Source of the DNA: Octopus vulgaris
Taxonomy: Eukaryota
Assembly: GCA_951406725.2 (NCBI GenBank)
Contig: OX597823.1
Coordinates: forward strand, 89,776,001 to 89,840,000
DNA length: 64,000 nucleotides
Direction of reading: 5' to 3'
This document shows positions 1 through 12,660 of the stretch, in pieces (position 1 is the stretch's first letter; the number at the start of each line of letters is the position of its first letter). A program made the translations under genes and the position numbers. The notes beneath the pieces are model-generated. The model did no database searches. It worked only from the letters and a program-made list of their open reading frames with translations, and had not been told where the DNA came from.

Positions 1-22
1 CTGAAAACATCTCAGTGGCCAT
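1..22 (-). CDS. Possible start of a divergent gene running off the left edge (MATEMFS...)
   Basis: caagATGGcc good Kozak/YY1 context at 20-22 on minus strand, next to the promoter motifs; only 7 codons visible. Confidence 0.3.
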
Positions 23-81
23 CTTGGACAAATGACGTCACACGCTGCTGGCGTCAACGGGGCGGGGGAGTAGACTTCCGG
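18..81. promoter_or_regulatory. Compact housekeeping-type, probably bidirectional promoter
   Basis: GCCATCTTG (YY1-like, 18-26), palindromic CRE TGACGTCA (33-40), GC box GGGGCGGGG (59-67) and ETS-type ACTTCCGG (74-81) within 64 bp; CpG-rich patch in AT-rich DNA. Confidence 0.6.
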
Positions 82-599
82 TTAGCACGGCCACATTTTG
101 CTACGTTATTCTCTCCCTTCTCTTCATCATTCGCCTTAATTTTTCTTCCTCTTACTACTACCATTACTAGCATTTCTTCTATACTCTCTTCTTCTCCTCG
201 TTTCTCTCCTTAATCTCCCTCCTACTACGACCACATCTATATTCTCTCCCCTTCTTCTTATTCTCTCCCTTTTCCTCATGTACTTCCGTAACCCTCTTCC
301 TCCCTCCTAATTCATCCCTCTCTTTATCTAGTTGCCTCTCTCTCTCTCTCTTTCTATCTCTTTATTTCTCTCCCTTTCGCTCTCTTTCCATCTCTCTAAC
401 CTGTGAATTCTTTGTTTTGATCTCGTTCTCCTATCATTGTTATTGTAATTATAATCTTTGTTTTTGTAACTGATTTTCTAATTATTTTATACTGGGACCA
501 AAAGGCAAGAGAGACAGACATGTATATATAGAGTCCCATGGCATCGATCCTCAATTAAATACTTCTACTGCTACCTACTTACTATCGATCCCCTCGCAG

Positions 600-792
600 G
601 ATTATAACCATAGGTAAACTCACAGAGCCACCCTCCAGTGGTTCTGACCATCAAAGAAACAGTCAGATCTCTCCCTCGCTCTTTCTCTCTTACAGCGATC
701 ATCTTCCAGTCCAGCAGCTTTTCTCTCCACTCGTAATAATTTTAATGACTCACTAATTGTTTTTGATGTATCAATGGTTTTAATTACACCAG
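600..792 (+). other. Candidate 5'-UTR exon of the FKBP/TPR gene
   Basis: Acceptor cccctcgcAG ending 599; consensus donor CAG|GTGAGT at 793. Confidence 0.3.
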
Positions 793-2854
793 GTGAGTTG
801 TCACAAACGTGGGACATCATCCCCGTAAATGTATAAATAATCTGCTTGTTTGCCTTTCTTAACGATATACAGTCGTTTCTTAAACTATTTCAGTTCTCAA
901 CGCTAATTCTTAAACATCATACCAACAAAAATTTAAATGCTGTCAATTTAAGTTTAAAAAGACATTATATTGAGAATCAAAAATTGTCTTAAATTTCCGG
1001 AAAATTCTTCCAATAATTTTATAATTTCCTTGTATCTCTTTTTCTGTTTAATATATTTTTTCAGATCTAAAAGTCCAAGAGTATAAAACTTCCCCAGTAG
1101 TCCCTTAAACTTTTTTCATACAATATTTAAAACTTCCCCCGGCCAACAGACTTCTAATTAATTACACAGCCAATTGATGAAGTATATTTTAATTAACTGA
1201 AGTAACATTATCATTTTTTAAGAAACAGTTTTTTATATAATAAACTTTTAAATTATTAAAATTTTTGTGAACTTCATAAGCCTGAACAGGAGGCACAATT
1301 TTGATTTAAATAACGAAATTAACAATTTAATTAATACTTTAAAATAATTTCTATACTGTTGTTATTCGGAAATATAGCTGTCCTTATACCTTTGTCATTA
1401 TTTGGTCCCAGATCAGTCCTGACCGAGCAAACATGATCAAAAATTTTGCAACGAGTGTCCTACGTGAGGGCTACGCTTGGCTGCACACCAAGCAAATATC
1501 CTAACTTCATCATACCTATTAAGTCCATTCTATAATTCAATCGTGCACCGTAATGGGAAACTAATTTTCTGGCCCCTCTTATGAAATATTGGGGTGTCTT
1601 CGTTTGTATGGTCCTTAATTGTTTTACAAAAAACTTTGAAGTAACCTTTGTACACAAATCTCTGAAGAAATTGTGCCAATCGATGTATTTGAATCACTAC
1701 ATATATACTTTTGAGAAAGCTCTTGACACCAACCTACCCGAGACCGGCTTGGGTTCTCTGGTACAGTTTTTTGTTTACAAAGTAATTTAAATTAAACCGT
1801 CCATGAAAATTTCAGTTAATTTATGTTCCAAGCACCAGCTTAATGATGACAAAGTTACTTTACTAAGTTTTTCATTATTGTCAAAATTAGTTGAAACAAA
1901 AGCAGTTAATTTGAACAAAACCAATGGTAACGAAGGATTTAATGACAAATGCCAATGAGTGAAAAAAGAACAACAAAACAAAAGATAATGATTCTCAATG
2001 TTCTTTGTGATATTAGTTGACCATGCCCTCCTTCTACACTGTTCATGCGCACAACTGTGGTGCTACCATTCAATCCAAGAGTGTATAGGAGAATCAAAGT
2101 TGCCCACCCACCCTAGGTCTGTTTTCTTATAACTTTCTTTTAAAAAATCATATTTTAATGGAAATTTTCCTTATATATATATTTTAGATGGATATCAGGG
2201 GAAAATTGAAAAAAAATCTTTTTTAAGAACTTTTGGATAATTCCTACTTTTTCTCAATTCTTAATAAGATTCTCCAGAGATATATTTTGTATGCTGTACA
2301 AAATGTTTTTACCTTTTAGAGGATCATACTTTTAATGCATTATTATTTTTTGCTTTTCTTATGAAATTTTCCAGAGATACATTTTCAAAAGTGTAAATTA
2401 CATTTATTTAAAAAAAATATTCAAATCATACTCTACAACCTCAAAAGCGTATCTCTGAAAAGTTTTGCTGTATCCACCCAAAATTATACTGCGATTATTT
2501 TATTTTTACATGTTGATCAGCTGAAGATTTTTTCATATAAATTTTAAATGTGCTTTTATTATATAACAATGTTAATTTGTCAAATAAACAAATCATTTTA
2601 ACACTAATTTGTATGTTTTAAGGGACTATTTGAATAATATAAGCTCACTAAGTAGGGATTAACCTAGGATTTGGAAAGCTTAATATTATGAAGAACTGTT
2701 CATGATATTTTGCTCTTCGTTGTAATGTAGTCCAATGGCTTAATTATGCTTGAAATAAACTTTTTTTCATATGCTTTTGTTTTAATACACCCAGCAGGCA
2801 ATATTTATTCTAAGACAACCTTATTTTTAACTCTAATTTCAGACAGAAAAGCAA

Positions 2855-3712
2855 ATGGATGATAAGTGCTGGACGTCCCCTAACAATTCTATCTCTAAAG
2901 AAATTCTAAAATTTGGATCTGGTTTAGCAAAGCCTACTGATGGAAGTATTTGCATTGTTTCCATATCCCATATTGGTGGGGCTGATTTAAACAAAGATTC
3001 TCTTGGGTATGGCTTAGGAGAAAATGTTAAAATACAAATTGGAGAGGGAGATACCATTTATGGAGAGCTTATTGATGAATGTTTAGAATCTATGAAACTA
3101 GACGAATGCTGTGAAGCAACATTTCATATACTTTTAGAGTCATCAAAAGACTCTTGTGATCAACTTGAAAAATATAAATTACAATTAGAATTACATAAGT
3201 TTGAAAATCCAACAAATAGTTGGGAAATGACCATAGAGGAGAAACTGGCTGTTGCTATGCATCATCGGAAGAAAGGGTCTGAGCTTTTCAAGGCAGGTAA
3301 TATAGAGTTTGCTTTTAAGCGTTATAGAAAAGCATTGAAATATGTAATAACTATAGACTCAGATGACGAAATGCCTGAAGATGTGAGAACTGAATACCAG
3401 AACTTGAAATCTACTCTGTTTGTTAATATTTCTCTCTGTCAGAGTAAATATGAAAGCAATGACTTTGTAATTGCAAACTGTACGTCTGCGTTGTTTGTTG
3501 ATAAAAATAATGTGAAAGCCCTTTATCATCGAGCACAAGCACAACTAAACACCAGGGACCTTGATCGAGCTTTGGCTGATATAAAAGCTGGTTTGGAACT
3601 TGAACCAAATAACCAAGTATTTCTTAAATTACAAAAAATAGTTAATTCCAAACTGAAAGTACATACTGACCAAATGAAGAAGGCCATGACAAAAATGTTC
3701 TTGCAGAATTAG
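2855..3712 (+). CDS. FKBPL: FK506-binding protein-like co-chaperone: degenerate FKBP domain plus three TPRs, 285 aa, single coding exon
   Basis: N-terminal ISKEILKFGSG...KP, ELIDECLESM and LELHKF (FKBP fold); TPRs KGSELFKAG..RYRKAL, LFVNISLCQ, NVKALYHRAQA..DIKAGLELEPNN; C-terminal KKAMTKMF. Acceptor tttcAG at 2841-2842; AATAAA at 3732-3737. Confidence 0.8.
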   Translation: MDDKCWTSPNNSISKEILKFGSGLAKPTDGSICIVSISHIGGADLNKDSLGYGLGENVKIQIGEGDTIYGELIDECLESMKLDECCEATFHILLESSKDSCDQLEKYKLQLELHKFENPTNSWEMTIEEKLAVAMHHRKKGSELFKAGNIEFAFKRYRKALKYVITIDSDDEMPEDVRTEYQNLKSTLFVNISLCQSKYESNDFVIANCTSALFVDKNNVKALYHRAQAQLNTRDLDRALADIKAGLELEPNNQVFLKLQKIVNSKLKVHTDQMKKAMTKMFLQN

Positions 3713-3861
3713 ATCCTTGGGATCTTGTTTAAATAAACAACACTAAATTTCTCTCTCATCAAAATTTTTTTGTTATCCAACTACGGCAGTCAGAAGGCCA
3801 AAAGTTTAAATTGTTAAAAATAGTTATTAAAACTGGACTACTTTCCCAAAGATTAACTGTT

Positions 3862-4080
3862 TTAATCTTTTTGTTACTGTATTTAAGCTGAACTACACTA
3901 CCTTTGGACCAATTAATTTTTTAAATAATTGAAAATTTAATAAAATAACTTAATTGTAATTAAGCTTGTGTTTGGAACAAATTAGCATTAAATTTGAAAG
4001 ATTTTAATTTAGATCACTTTAAAGCAGAAGTTTGTTTAAAAAGCCAGAGAGTTAAGGCAGGTTGGTATCAAAAGGGTTAA
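3862..4080. mobile_element. piggyBac-type MITE (~220 bp family); other copies ~1710-1942, 32727-33188 (SINE-interrupted), ~41577-41802, 57822-58052
   Basis: TTAA-flanked termini (TTAACCCTTT...AAAGGGTTAA, cleanest at 32727-33188) and shared internal sequence. Confidence 0.55.
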
Positions 4081-6422
4081 ACTATGATGAAGGTTGATTC
4101 AAATTTATCTTTGTTTCAAAATGAATCAATTTCATAAACCACATCTTGTTTTACTAAATCCCACCAAGCTTAAAAATTCTGCCTATTTTCTTCAATAAAA
4201 TTAATTATTAATTACTAAATACTTAATTTGAGAGTTACTGGAGTACCTAACTCAACGCATTACATCTCCCTATCTCTCTTTCTCATGTAAATCTTCCACG
4301 GTCACTGTTTGTTAATTAGTTGCTTTTTAAACTTAAAAATGAATAATTCTTGATAAGAATTGTTTGGATGTAATCACTACATTCTATTTTTTTTCTGTAT
4401 AGCTTTGACATTTTCATCAGGAAGTGGAAAATAATGCAGATTAATAAGAATTTAAATGAAAATTAAAAGGGACAAAAATAGAAATTTTGCCTTAAAAGAA
4501 AATCATTATAACAATGTGACTGAAAGAGTCATTAGTTTCAGATACTTTCAACACACCTGCATGAGATCTTGCCATATTTCTATTGAATATATAGAACTCT
4601 CTCCTGTGATAATTTCATTCATCCAGATTGTTGATAGAATCTGTGTTGTGTTTTATTTATCATATACATAAGTAAAATGAATTAATAAATTCAGGCAGAT
4701 ATCTATAAAACACTCAGTGTTAAATGAATTTGGTTAATTATATCTAATGATCAGATACCAATAAATGCAAGGAGAATGAACATCCACGGTGATTCTTCAT
4801 GTATGACAAGTTACTGAGGATACGGTTTTCATTGTCTTCCTTACTTTTTTATTTTTCCAGTTTAAAAACATCTTCCAAAAGTTTTCAGCTTCTATTTGGT
4901 TAGTCGATCAAAATTTTTCAACTCACTATATTACATATGTGAATTTGAGACCCTATCATACTTATACTTAAAATATAGGACGCTCCCTTGAGATAGTTTC
5001 CTCTAAACCATATTGTTTACAATTGATATAACACCTTGGGCAAGTTCTCTTCTATAACCACAGACTGATCAAATCTTTGCAAACGCTAGTGGTGAACAGA
5101 ACTGAAAGAAGCTCATCGTAATTATGTGTCTCCTTGTCGTAACATCACATTACAATTGTTAGCAAGTGTCACTATCATAGAGACAGCTTGTTTGTTTCCA
5201 GTCTTCCATGAAAATATGTCTACCAAAGAAGAAATATTACTTTGCTTAAAAATCATTGAGGGTTAGTAAGAGGTGGAGCATCTGGCCATAGAAAATCTGC
5301 TTCAGTGTATTCTGACTGACCCATGCAAGCATGGAAAAGTGGATGTTAAAATGATGATACCATCATCACTTGATATCCATTTCCCATGCTAGCTTGGACT
5401 GAACGATTTGACACTATCCCATGAGCCACAAAGTTGCATCAAGCTCCAATGTCATCATTGGCATGGTTTCTATGACTAGATGCCCTTCCTAATGCTAACC
5501 GCTTTACAGAGTGTATTGGGTACTTTATTCACACCATTGGCACTAGTGAGGTTGCCAAGTAGCTTGCAAGATAGCAAAAGAACAGAATAAAGTCCCTCAA
5601 CTAAAGAGGGGAGGTGGCTTTATGCCAGATGTTGAGAAGTTGAAGGTTGAGAGAAGCACAAGTGTTAGAGAGATATAGTTACTTCACATTATAAAAGATG
5701 GGTTGCCAGAGCAAACTTTTATGGTACATGAAGGTAAGCATAAGAAAGGATTCAAACAGTGGATGAGAGGGGAGAAATATGGTGGTAGGAGTGAATGTAG
5801 TGAGTGATGTACAGGGGTGGAGGTATAGTTGATGGGAAACACCAGTAGGGAGAGAGGGTAAGAGAGATAGAAATGGGTTAGGAAGGAAGACGGAGCAGAA
5901 AGTGGTGATAATATGCAAGCTGTAGGAGCAATGGGGAGAGAGATGCATACGGTTGACCATAGTGAGGGAGGTGTGATGGCAGAGGAGAGGAAGAGATAAC
6001 TGAAGGCACAGAAAGGAGTTGATTGGTGAAAATAATGCAAGAGGAAAAAGGATGATAAGAATGAGGGATAGACATGGTGCTGGGGAGGGTGCATAATATG
6101 TGCTGATTCTGTTCTCAAGTGATTACAGCAGTGTCAGAAATTGAGGAGGGATGGAACTTAGTGGGATCATCAATGCTTTATCATCTCCCCTCTTTTCTAC
6201 CTCTCCTGTCAAACCATTTTTTCCCACCCATTCACCATGCTTGATTGCTAAATTCACAAGTTTTTTATTCTCTCTCTGTTTATTTTCTCTTATTCCTTTC
6301 TGTTGAAGAGCATAGGCTCGAAACGGAAAAGACTTTCTCACTTTCCCAAGTGTCAAACTAATACACCTGTCCTCATCTTTTGTTTTTTCTGTAAACTTCA
6401 ACTATATGTGAGTGTGTGTGTG

Positions 6423-7643
6423 TATCAGGATATCCCATAAGTTCTGTCCGAATTTTGAATAAAGAAAACAAGTGATCAAATGTTATATTTAATTGAAATT
6501 TAATCATCAATGTACTTTCCCTGATTATCTATGACTTCCTGCCATCTATTTACAAGCTTTTTAATCCCATCAATGTAGAACTCTTTTGGTTTCAAAGCGA
6601 AGAACTCTGAAATGTCAATTTCGACCTCCACCTGGCTTGCGAAAGTTATGTCCCCCAAATGATTCTGTAAACTACAAAACAAATGGTAGTCTGAAGGAGC
6701 AAGATCAAGAGAATAAGGTGGATGAGGAATTTTTTCCCAACCAAGCTCTTCGATCTTCTGTGATGTGATCTTTGCAGTGTGGTGTCGAGCATTGTCCTGA
6801 TGAAACATCATTCCTTTTCGATTCACTAAAGAGGATCTTTTTTTCTTCAAAGTTTGGTTCAAATGCTCTAATTGATGACAGTAGACTTGAGCATTGATTG
6901 TTGAATTAGGTGGTAACAATTCAAAATGAATTACTCCTTTGCAATCCCACCAGATAGAGAGAAGAACTTTTTTTCCCATGAAGTTCCCGTCTCAGTTGTG
7001 GTTGAGCTTTTTCCCGTTTACCAAGCCACTGTTTTCGACATTTAACATTTCAATAGAAGATCCATTTTTCGTCACCAGTCACAAGTTTATCCAAAAAGGG
7101 TGAAATGAGTTTGTGACAATGGAGAGAAGAGCAGATGTCAACTTTGGATTTGCGATTGCTTTCACCCATTTTCCAAGTATAGGAACCTTTCCAAGTTGTT
7201 GAAGGTGACGATGAACAGTTGTATGGTTTGAACTAAACTTTATTGCCAATTCTTCAACTGATAATGCAGGATTTTCTTCAAGTAATGCCTCAAGGAGCTT
7301 ATCAAACTCAACTGGATGTCCTGTTTGATCTTCATCTTCAAGGCTGAAATCTCCACTTCTGAATTTTGCAAACCATCTGCTGCAAGTTCTTTCATTCAAG
7401 CATTCTTTGCCATAAACTGAGTGTATGTTTCAAGTTACTTCGGCTGCAGAGTTTCCTTTTTTTGTACTCATAAAGCATTATGTGCCTCAAATGCTCTTTG
7501 GATACTTACATGTTAGAAAGAGTTTTAATCAAAGAAATCTTAATTTTATTATTCTGTAAAATAATATTTAATTAAATAATATTAAAATTTCATTCAATTT
7601 TAAAAAAGGCAAAATCAGACAGAACTTATGGAATGACCTGATA
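6423..7643 (-). mobile_element. Near full-length decayed mariner (DD34D) transposon, ~1.2 kb
   Basis: TIRs tatcaggatatcccataagttctgtccga / tcagacagaacttatggaatgacctgata; transposase motifs WFAKFRSG, WWDCKG, HQDNARHH, HPPYSLDLAPSDYHLF in ORFs 6500-6979 and 7079-7399; probable original ATG at 7509-7511 followed by a stop; frameshifts. Confidence 0.92.
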
Positions 7644-7719
7644 TATGTGTGTGTGTGTGCATATATGGGTACAGGATGTCACCAACTGTGTGAACAACAT
7701 GAAATACAAAAACAAATGA

Positions 7720-8105
7720 GGCGTAGGAGTGGCTGTGTGGTAAGTAGCTTGCTAACCAACCACATGGTTCTGGGTTCAGTCCCACTGCGTGGCATCTTGG
7801 GCAAGTGTCTTCTGCTATAGCCCCGGGCTGACCAATGCCTTGTGAGTGGATTTGGTAGACGGAAACTGAAAGAAACCTGTCATATATATGTATATATATA
7901 TATGTGTGTGTGTTTGTCAAGCATTGCTTGACAACCGATGCTGGTATGTTTACGTCCCCGTCACTTAGCGGTTCGGCAAAAGAGACCAATAGAATAAGTA
8001 CTGGGCTTACAAAGAATAAGTCTCGGGGTCGATTTGCTAGACTAAAGGCGGTGCTCCAGTATGGTCACAGTCAAATGACTGAAACAAGTAAAAGAGTAAA
8101 GAGTT
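7720..8105 (+). mobile_element. tRNA-derived SINE family A (head ggagtggctgtgtggtaag); other copies ~12170-12330, 22388-22688(-), 39700-40095(-), 49417-49820, 59176-59565, 61276-61712, 63420-63810(-)
   Basis: A/B-box-like head, shared ttgggcaagtgtcttc core, internal (TA/TG)n and taaaagag tail recur across the window. Confidence 0.8.
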
Positions 8106-8835
8106 AAATACGCAGACGAGAGAAAAAAAAAATTGAAAACAGGACAAGTAAACACAGGGAATGATCCTTCATCAGTTGTTGGCTGTCTTTCTGCTCCTCA
8201 TTTCAAGCATATATATAACACATATTTTTTTCTACCTTGATATAATTTTGGTTTTGCAACCTCTAGAGAGAGCACATGGCTCTGACAACCAGAAAAATTT
8301 TGATTTTGACCTAGCATCTTCAAGCTGACCCATATTCACTCTCAGATTATTTATGTATCAAACCTATTTCTTTACTGCCCACAAGGGGCTACACATAGAG
8401 AGGACAAACAAGGACAGACGAACGGATTAAGTCGATTACATTGACCCTAGTGTGTAGCTGGTACTTAATTTACCGACCCCGAAAGGACGAAAGGCAAAGT
8501 CGATCTCGGCGGAATTTGAACTCAGAACGTAACAGCAGATGAAATACGGCTACGCATTATGTATGTATCAAACCAAAGTCCAAAATAAACCATCAGGTAT
8601 TTATAGATGTTGCAAAAAAAATTACAACATATCGGAGAATTTAGGAATTTTCTAATATATGAAAATATTTCCAACCCTTAGAGAAATCATACAGACTCGG
8701 TAAGTAAAGAATTGTAATTTTGACCAAGTTGACATTCAGTTAACTTTAGAGAAACTAGAAGAATCACATATCCCAATTGTCAAATCTCTAAAGTACCAGT
8801 TGATTTATTCTAGATATATAGATTCATATATGTTG

Positions 8836-8917
8836 GCTGTAGTAGCCAAGTGGCAAAGATGTTGGACTTGAAACTCAATGGGTTAGACTTGTACAGGTTC
8901 AAACCCTGACTGCAGTG
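8836..8917 (+). pseudogene. tRNA-Ser(UGA) pseudogene
   Basis: 82 nt; acceptor GCTGTAG/CTGCAGT, anticodon loop CT-TGA-AA, long variable arm, GGTTCAAACCC T-arm; D-stem broken and mismatches in anticodon and T stems. Confidence 0.75.
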
Positions 8918-9441
8918 ATTATTCTATAGGTGCAGGCATGGTTGTGTGATTTAGAAGTTTATTTCCCAATCAGGTGTTATTGGGTTCAGTCCCACAACAC
9001 AGCACCTTAATCATGTGTCTTCTACAACCTCAGACTCACCACCACCAACAACAACATCTTTTACCACTTCTACTACTACTACTGACAAAATAATACACAG
9101 AATTAACTCTACCGAGGTCGACTTTACCTTTCATCCTTTCAGGAGTCGATAAATTAAGTACCAGTTGCATACTGGGGTCGATCTAATCAACTGTCCCCCT
9201 CCCCCCAAATTTCAGGCCTTGTGCTAAGAGTAGAAAAGAATACACAGAAATTCTAGCTTATATCAGAGTTAAACTAAATAACACCACGTAATGTGACTAG
9301 TGCTCTACCATTTCTGTCACACGGCTGCTGCTAATAATAAACATAATACATATATACAGAAATATCATTTTTAATTGCTTATTCATTTGTGTAAAATATA
9401 TAAATTGTTTGCTTTAACTCTGGCATTGGTAGGAGTTCTGA

Positions 9442-9648
9442 TCAGTTGTTGAGTTGGCACAGCAAGGCAACACCTCTACAGATCCAATGATTCTGGGGTT
9501 TGTGTGTTGGCAGCATCATGGCTATGACAAAGTTGGTCGAATGGCCAGTAGTCGAAAGTGTTCCTCGACGCTCACTTGTCTTGTAAACTGGACACTTATA
9601 GCAGTGTTTTTCGGGCACCATATCTTTCTTAAGTGGTTTCAACCATAT
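9442..9648 (-). CDS. DNAH7: Axonemal dynein heavy chain, terminal exon (24 of 24 in window)
   Basis: IWLKP...[26 protein letters not shown]...[15 protein letters not shown]; AG acceptor 9649-9650; ATTAAA at 9370-9375 on minus. Confidence 0.95.
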   Translation of the reverse strand: MWLKPLKKDMVPEKHCYKCPVYKTSERRGTLSTTGHSTNFVIAMMLPTHKPQNHWICRGVALLCQLNN

Positions 9649-10397
9649 CTAAAAATATAATAATAATAATAATCATCAGCATCATAATCATCATCATTCA
9701 TTCATCTTCATTTAGCGTCCGCTTTCCATGCTAGCATGGGTTGGACGGTTCAACTGGGGTCTGGAAAGCCAGGAGGTTGCACCATAATAATTCGTTCGTT
9801 TATTGGCCACAAGGGCTAACAAAAATCAATTAAAACATAAAGGGACAAAACACAGGATGAAAGTTACAAAGGGTTTTGTCCGTTTGAAAAAGTCCGTGTA
9901 CAAAAGCAGGATAACAACGAAATGTAAGTAACAATTAAAACTCCCAATAGGGGGAGGCGCTTCGAAAGGTTACTTGTAGAAAAACCCATAAAAGCCACGG
10001 GAGCCTGGTCAAAAATTCTCTTTTTATATTTCCTTTTAATTTTCACAGGTGTATCCTCAGAATTAGTCCGTTCAAGATTGAAGTTACTCTTCACGAAAGT
10101 AAAGAAACAGGAAGAAGAGGACACCTGTTATTGGTAATAAATAGAAATTGACTCTGTTTATTAAAATGAAAATGAAACGAATGAACAATATTTCGACACT
10201 CTGTGTATCTTTTACAAGTTCAAAATATAAAATGAAAACAAATTCAAAAATAGGAAATGCTGAAACATTCAAAATTAAACTGGAATAGCTGCGTTTATTT
10301 CCAAGTCAGACGATGTCATCAGTCTTTCACAAAAGGTAGGCAAGAAAGAAAAAAAAATCAAAAAGAAAGAAAAGAATTGGAGAAAAAAATTATTTGG

Positions 10398-10766
10398 TCA
10401 AAAAAGTTTAGGATAAATATAGTGGAATTTACCAGCCATTTTATTAATTACTCCAGGCTGAGATGTTAACAGTTCACAAATATATCTATCCTCATGGGTT
10501 TTAGGGACTGAAAGTGCAGTGGAGTGAGGGTGTTTTTTGGGAATGTGCACCCTGGGGTCTTCCTCAAATTTACACCCGTTTGATGTGAAATGCTCCGTAA
10601 GTTCCTTGGAACCACTGTTATTGTGCCTGATGCCGTACCTATGTCCATTAAATCTGTTTTGTAATCGTTCTGTTGTGCAACCAACATAAATCATTTTGTG
10701 TTTGGTGCATTCCGCTGCGTATACCAAACGGGAATCCTTACAGGTCCCTCCTTCTGTGTAAATCAT
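10398..10766 (-). mobile_element. Penelope-like retroelement 3' fragment, GIY-YIG endonuclease
   Basis: C..SRLVYAAEC..HKMIYVGCT..L..RFNGH...EHF...E..YI..L....PGVIN motif pattern. Confidence 0.8.
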
Positions 10767-11115
10767 AACATTTCTGTAATAATTCTTGATGGGGTCGATA
10801 AATTAAGTACCAGTTGCATACTGGGGCCGATCTGATCAACTGGTCCCCTCCCAAAAATTTCAGGCCTTGTGCCAAGAGTAGAAAAGAATACACAGAATTA
10901 ACTCCCCTGAGATTCTAGTATATTACACAGACACTTGTATTCTTAATGGAAATCCTTTGGCAGAATAGTTAAGATACAGAATGCGACAAGGTTGGCCCTT
11001 TTATTTACAAGTACAGACCATTCTGAAAAAATTTTATATAGTTTTTATCAACCCATTTCACTATAAAGCTGGTGTTTAAAATATAAATCAACCATTCTGT
11101 TAACATATTTCTAAA

Positions 11116-11345
11116 GGCGGCGAGCTGGCAGAAACGTTAGCATGCCAGGCGAAATGCTTTGTGGTATTTCGTCTGCTGCTACGTTCTGAGTTCAAATTCC
11201 GCTGCGGGCGACTTTGCCTTTCATCCTTTTGGGGTCGATTAAATAAGTACCAGTTATGCACTGGGGTCGATATAATTGACTTAATCCATTTGTCTGTCCT
11301 TGTTTGTCCTCTCTGTGTTTAGCCCCTTGTAGGCAGTAAAGAAAT
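11116..11345 (+). mobile_element. SINE family B (head ggcggcgagctggcagaaacgttagc); other copies 8363-8560(-), 32897-33122(-), 41837-42072(-), 46298-46710 tandem, 57017-57428(-) tandem, 58562-58800, 62160-62398(-)
   Basis: Highly similar dispersed copies with gagttcaaattcc B-box and gactttgcctttcatcctttcggggtcgataaattaagtacc core. Confidence 0.8.
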
Positions 11346-11599
11346 ATTTTTAAAATAATGAAATTAATTGGTCATTATTAAGCTGATGTTTGAAACACAA
11401 TATGGAATTTAGATGGATGGTTTTAATTTAGACCACTTTAAAACAGGAGATTTGTATCATACAACCAGGGATGGTTTCAGGTGGGTTAAAAGGATGTTTT
11501 GTTTCTAAACATGACTACTTAATTAGAAAAGCTACAATATAACTGAATGTAATTTCAATTATTTTATCATTGAAGTTGAATCTAAAATTAATAACTTAC

Positions 11600-11703
11600 A
11601 ACTGGAACACTATCATATAAGACTTTTGGATAAGATTCTGCAAGTCTGTTTTCTTCTCTGTCCCATCGTGCGCCATCAAGGTAAAGTCCATACACAAAAA
11701 CAC
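11600..11703 (-). CDS. DNAH7: Dynein heavy chain exon 23 (C-terminal domain)
   Basis: [35 protein letters not shown]; AG/GT, phases 1 to 0. Confidence 0.93.
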
Positions 11704-11898
11704 CTGTGAATAAAGAAAATCAAATAATGCATTACAAAACGTGCAGTAGTAAATTTCCCAGATTTCATCACTCTCATCATTGTTGAAATCAAGACCACCA
11801 CCACCATCACAACTACTACCACAACCACTACAACCACTAGATATATATCTACTGGAAAATTTATACAAAAATAATAAAAATCCAAGGAATTTCCTTAC

Positions 11899-12076
11899 CA
11901 TCCTCTGGCGGTTTGGGATAATCTTTCTCTTCTAACACTTCATAGTCAAACACTAATAAATCAATTGGTATAGTGTACTTCCTAGCATAGTTTTGCTGGG
12001 CACCAGTCAGAAAAGCTTGCGTGAAATAAAAACCAGACAACCAAAATACAGAGGGGGGACCTTCGTCATACCAATC
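11899..12076 (-). CDS. DNAH7: Dynein heavy chain exon 22
   Basis: [41 protein letters not shown]...PPED; AG/GT, 178 bp. Confidence 0.93.
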
Positions 12077-12467
12077 CTAAAATAATAGTAAAAAAGAAAG
12101 TTCATAGATTTATGAGAGTTTGGAAACTGAAAAAAAAATTTGTATGTTATTTTAACTAGACATAGGCACAAGCATGGCTGTGTGATAAGAAGCTTACTTC
12201 CTAACCACATGCTTCCAGGTTCAGTCCCACTGCGTAGCACCTTGGGCAAGTGTCTTTTATAGCTTTGGGCCAACCAAAGCCATATGAGTAGATTTGGTAG
12301 ATGCAAACTGAAAGAAGCCCATTGTATATATGTGTGAGTGTATGTGTGTGATTTGGTTGGCCTGAGGTAATAGTAGAAGACACTTACCCATGGTGCCACA
12401 CAGTGGAACTGAACCCAGAATCATGTGGTTGAAAAGCAAGCTTCTTACCACACAGCCACTCATGCAG

Positions 12468-12500
<33 letters not shown>

Positions 12501-12660
12501 CACACACACATGTATATATACTTAATTTGATGAAGTCATTTCCTCATTAGGGATTATATAATCCAAGGTATTCCACTGGTTTAATCCATATCATATAATG
12601 TGAAAGTCATATGTTCAGGATTATTGAAATTATCAATATTGGGGGAAAACAAGAAGAAAA

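Noticed and set aside
620-820. 66-aa minus-strand ORF
   Set aside because: No recognisable motif; overlaps a candidate plus-strand UTR exon
8165-8180. Minus-strand CTGATGAAGG
   Set aside because: No GAAA or stem III at a usable distance
8836-8917. Selenocysteine or suppressor tRNA
   Set aside because: Anticodon is TGA (reads UCA, Ser), not TCA, and the length fits tRNA-Ser
10033-10325. Hammerheads downstream of the Penelope endonuclease (minus-strand CTGAGGA near 10060 and CTGATGA near 10322)
   Set aside because: Expected location, but stems I and III could not be formed convincingly
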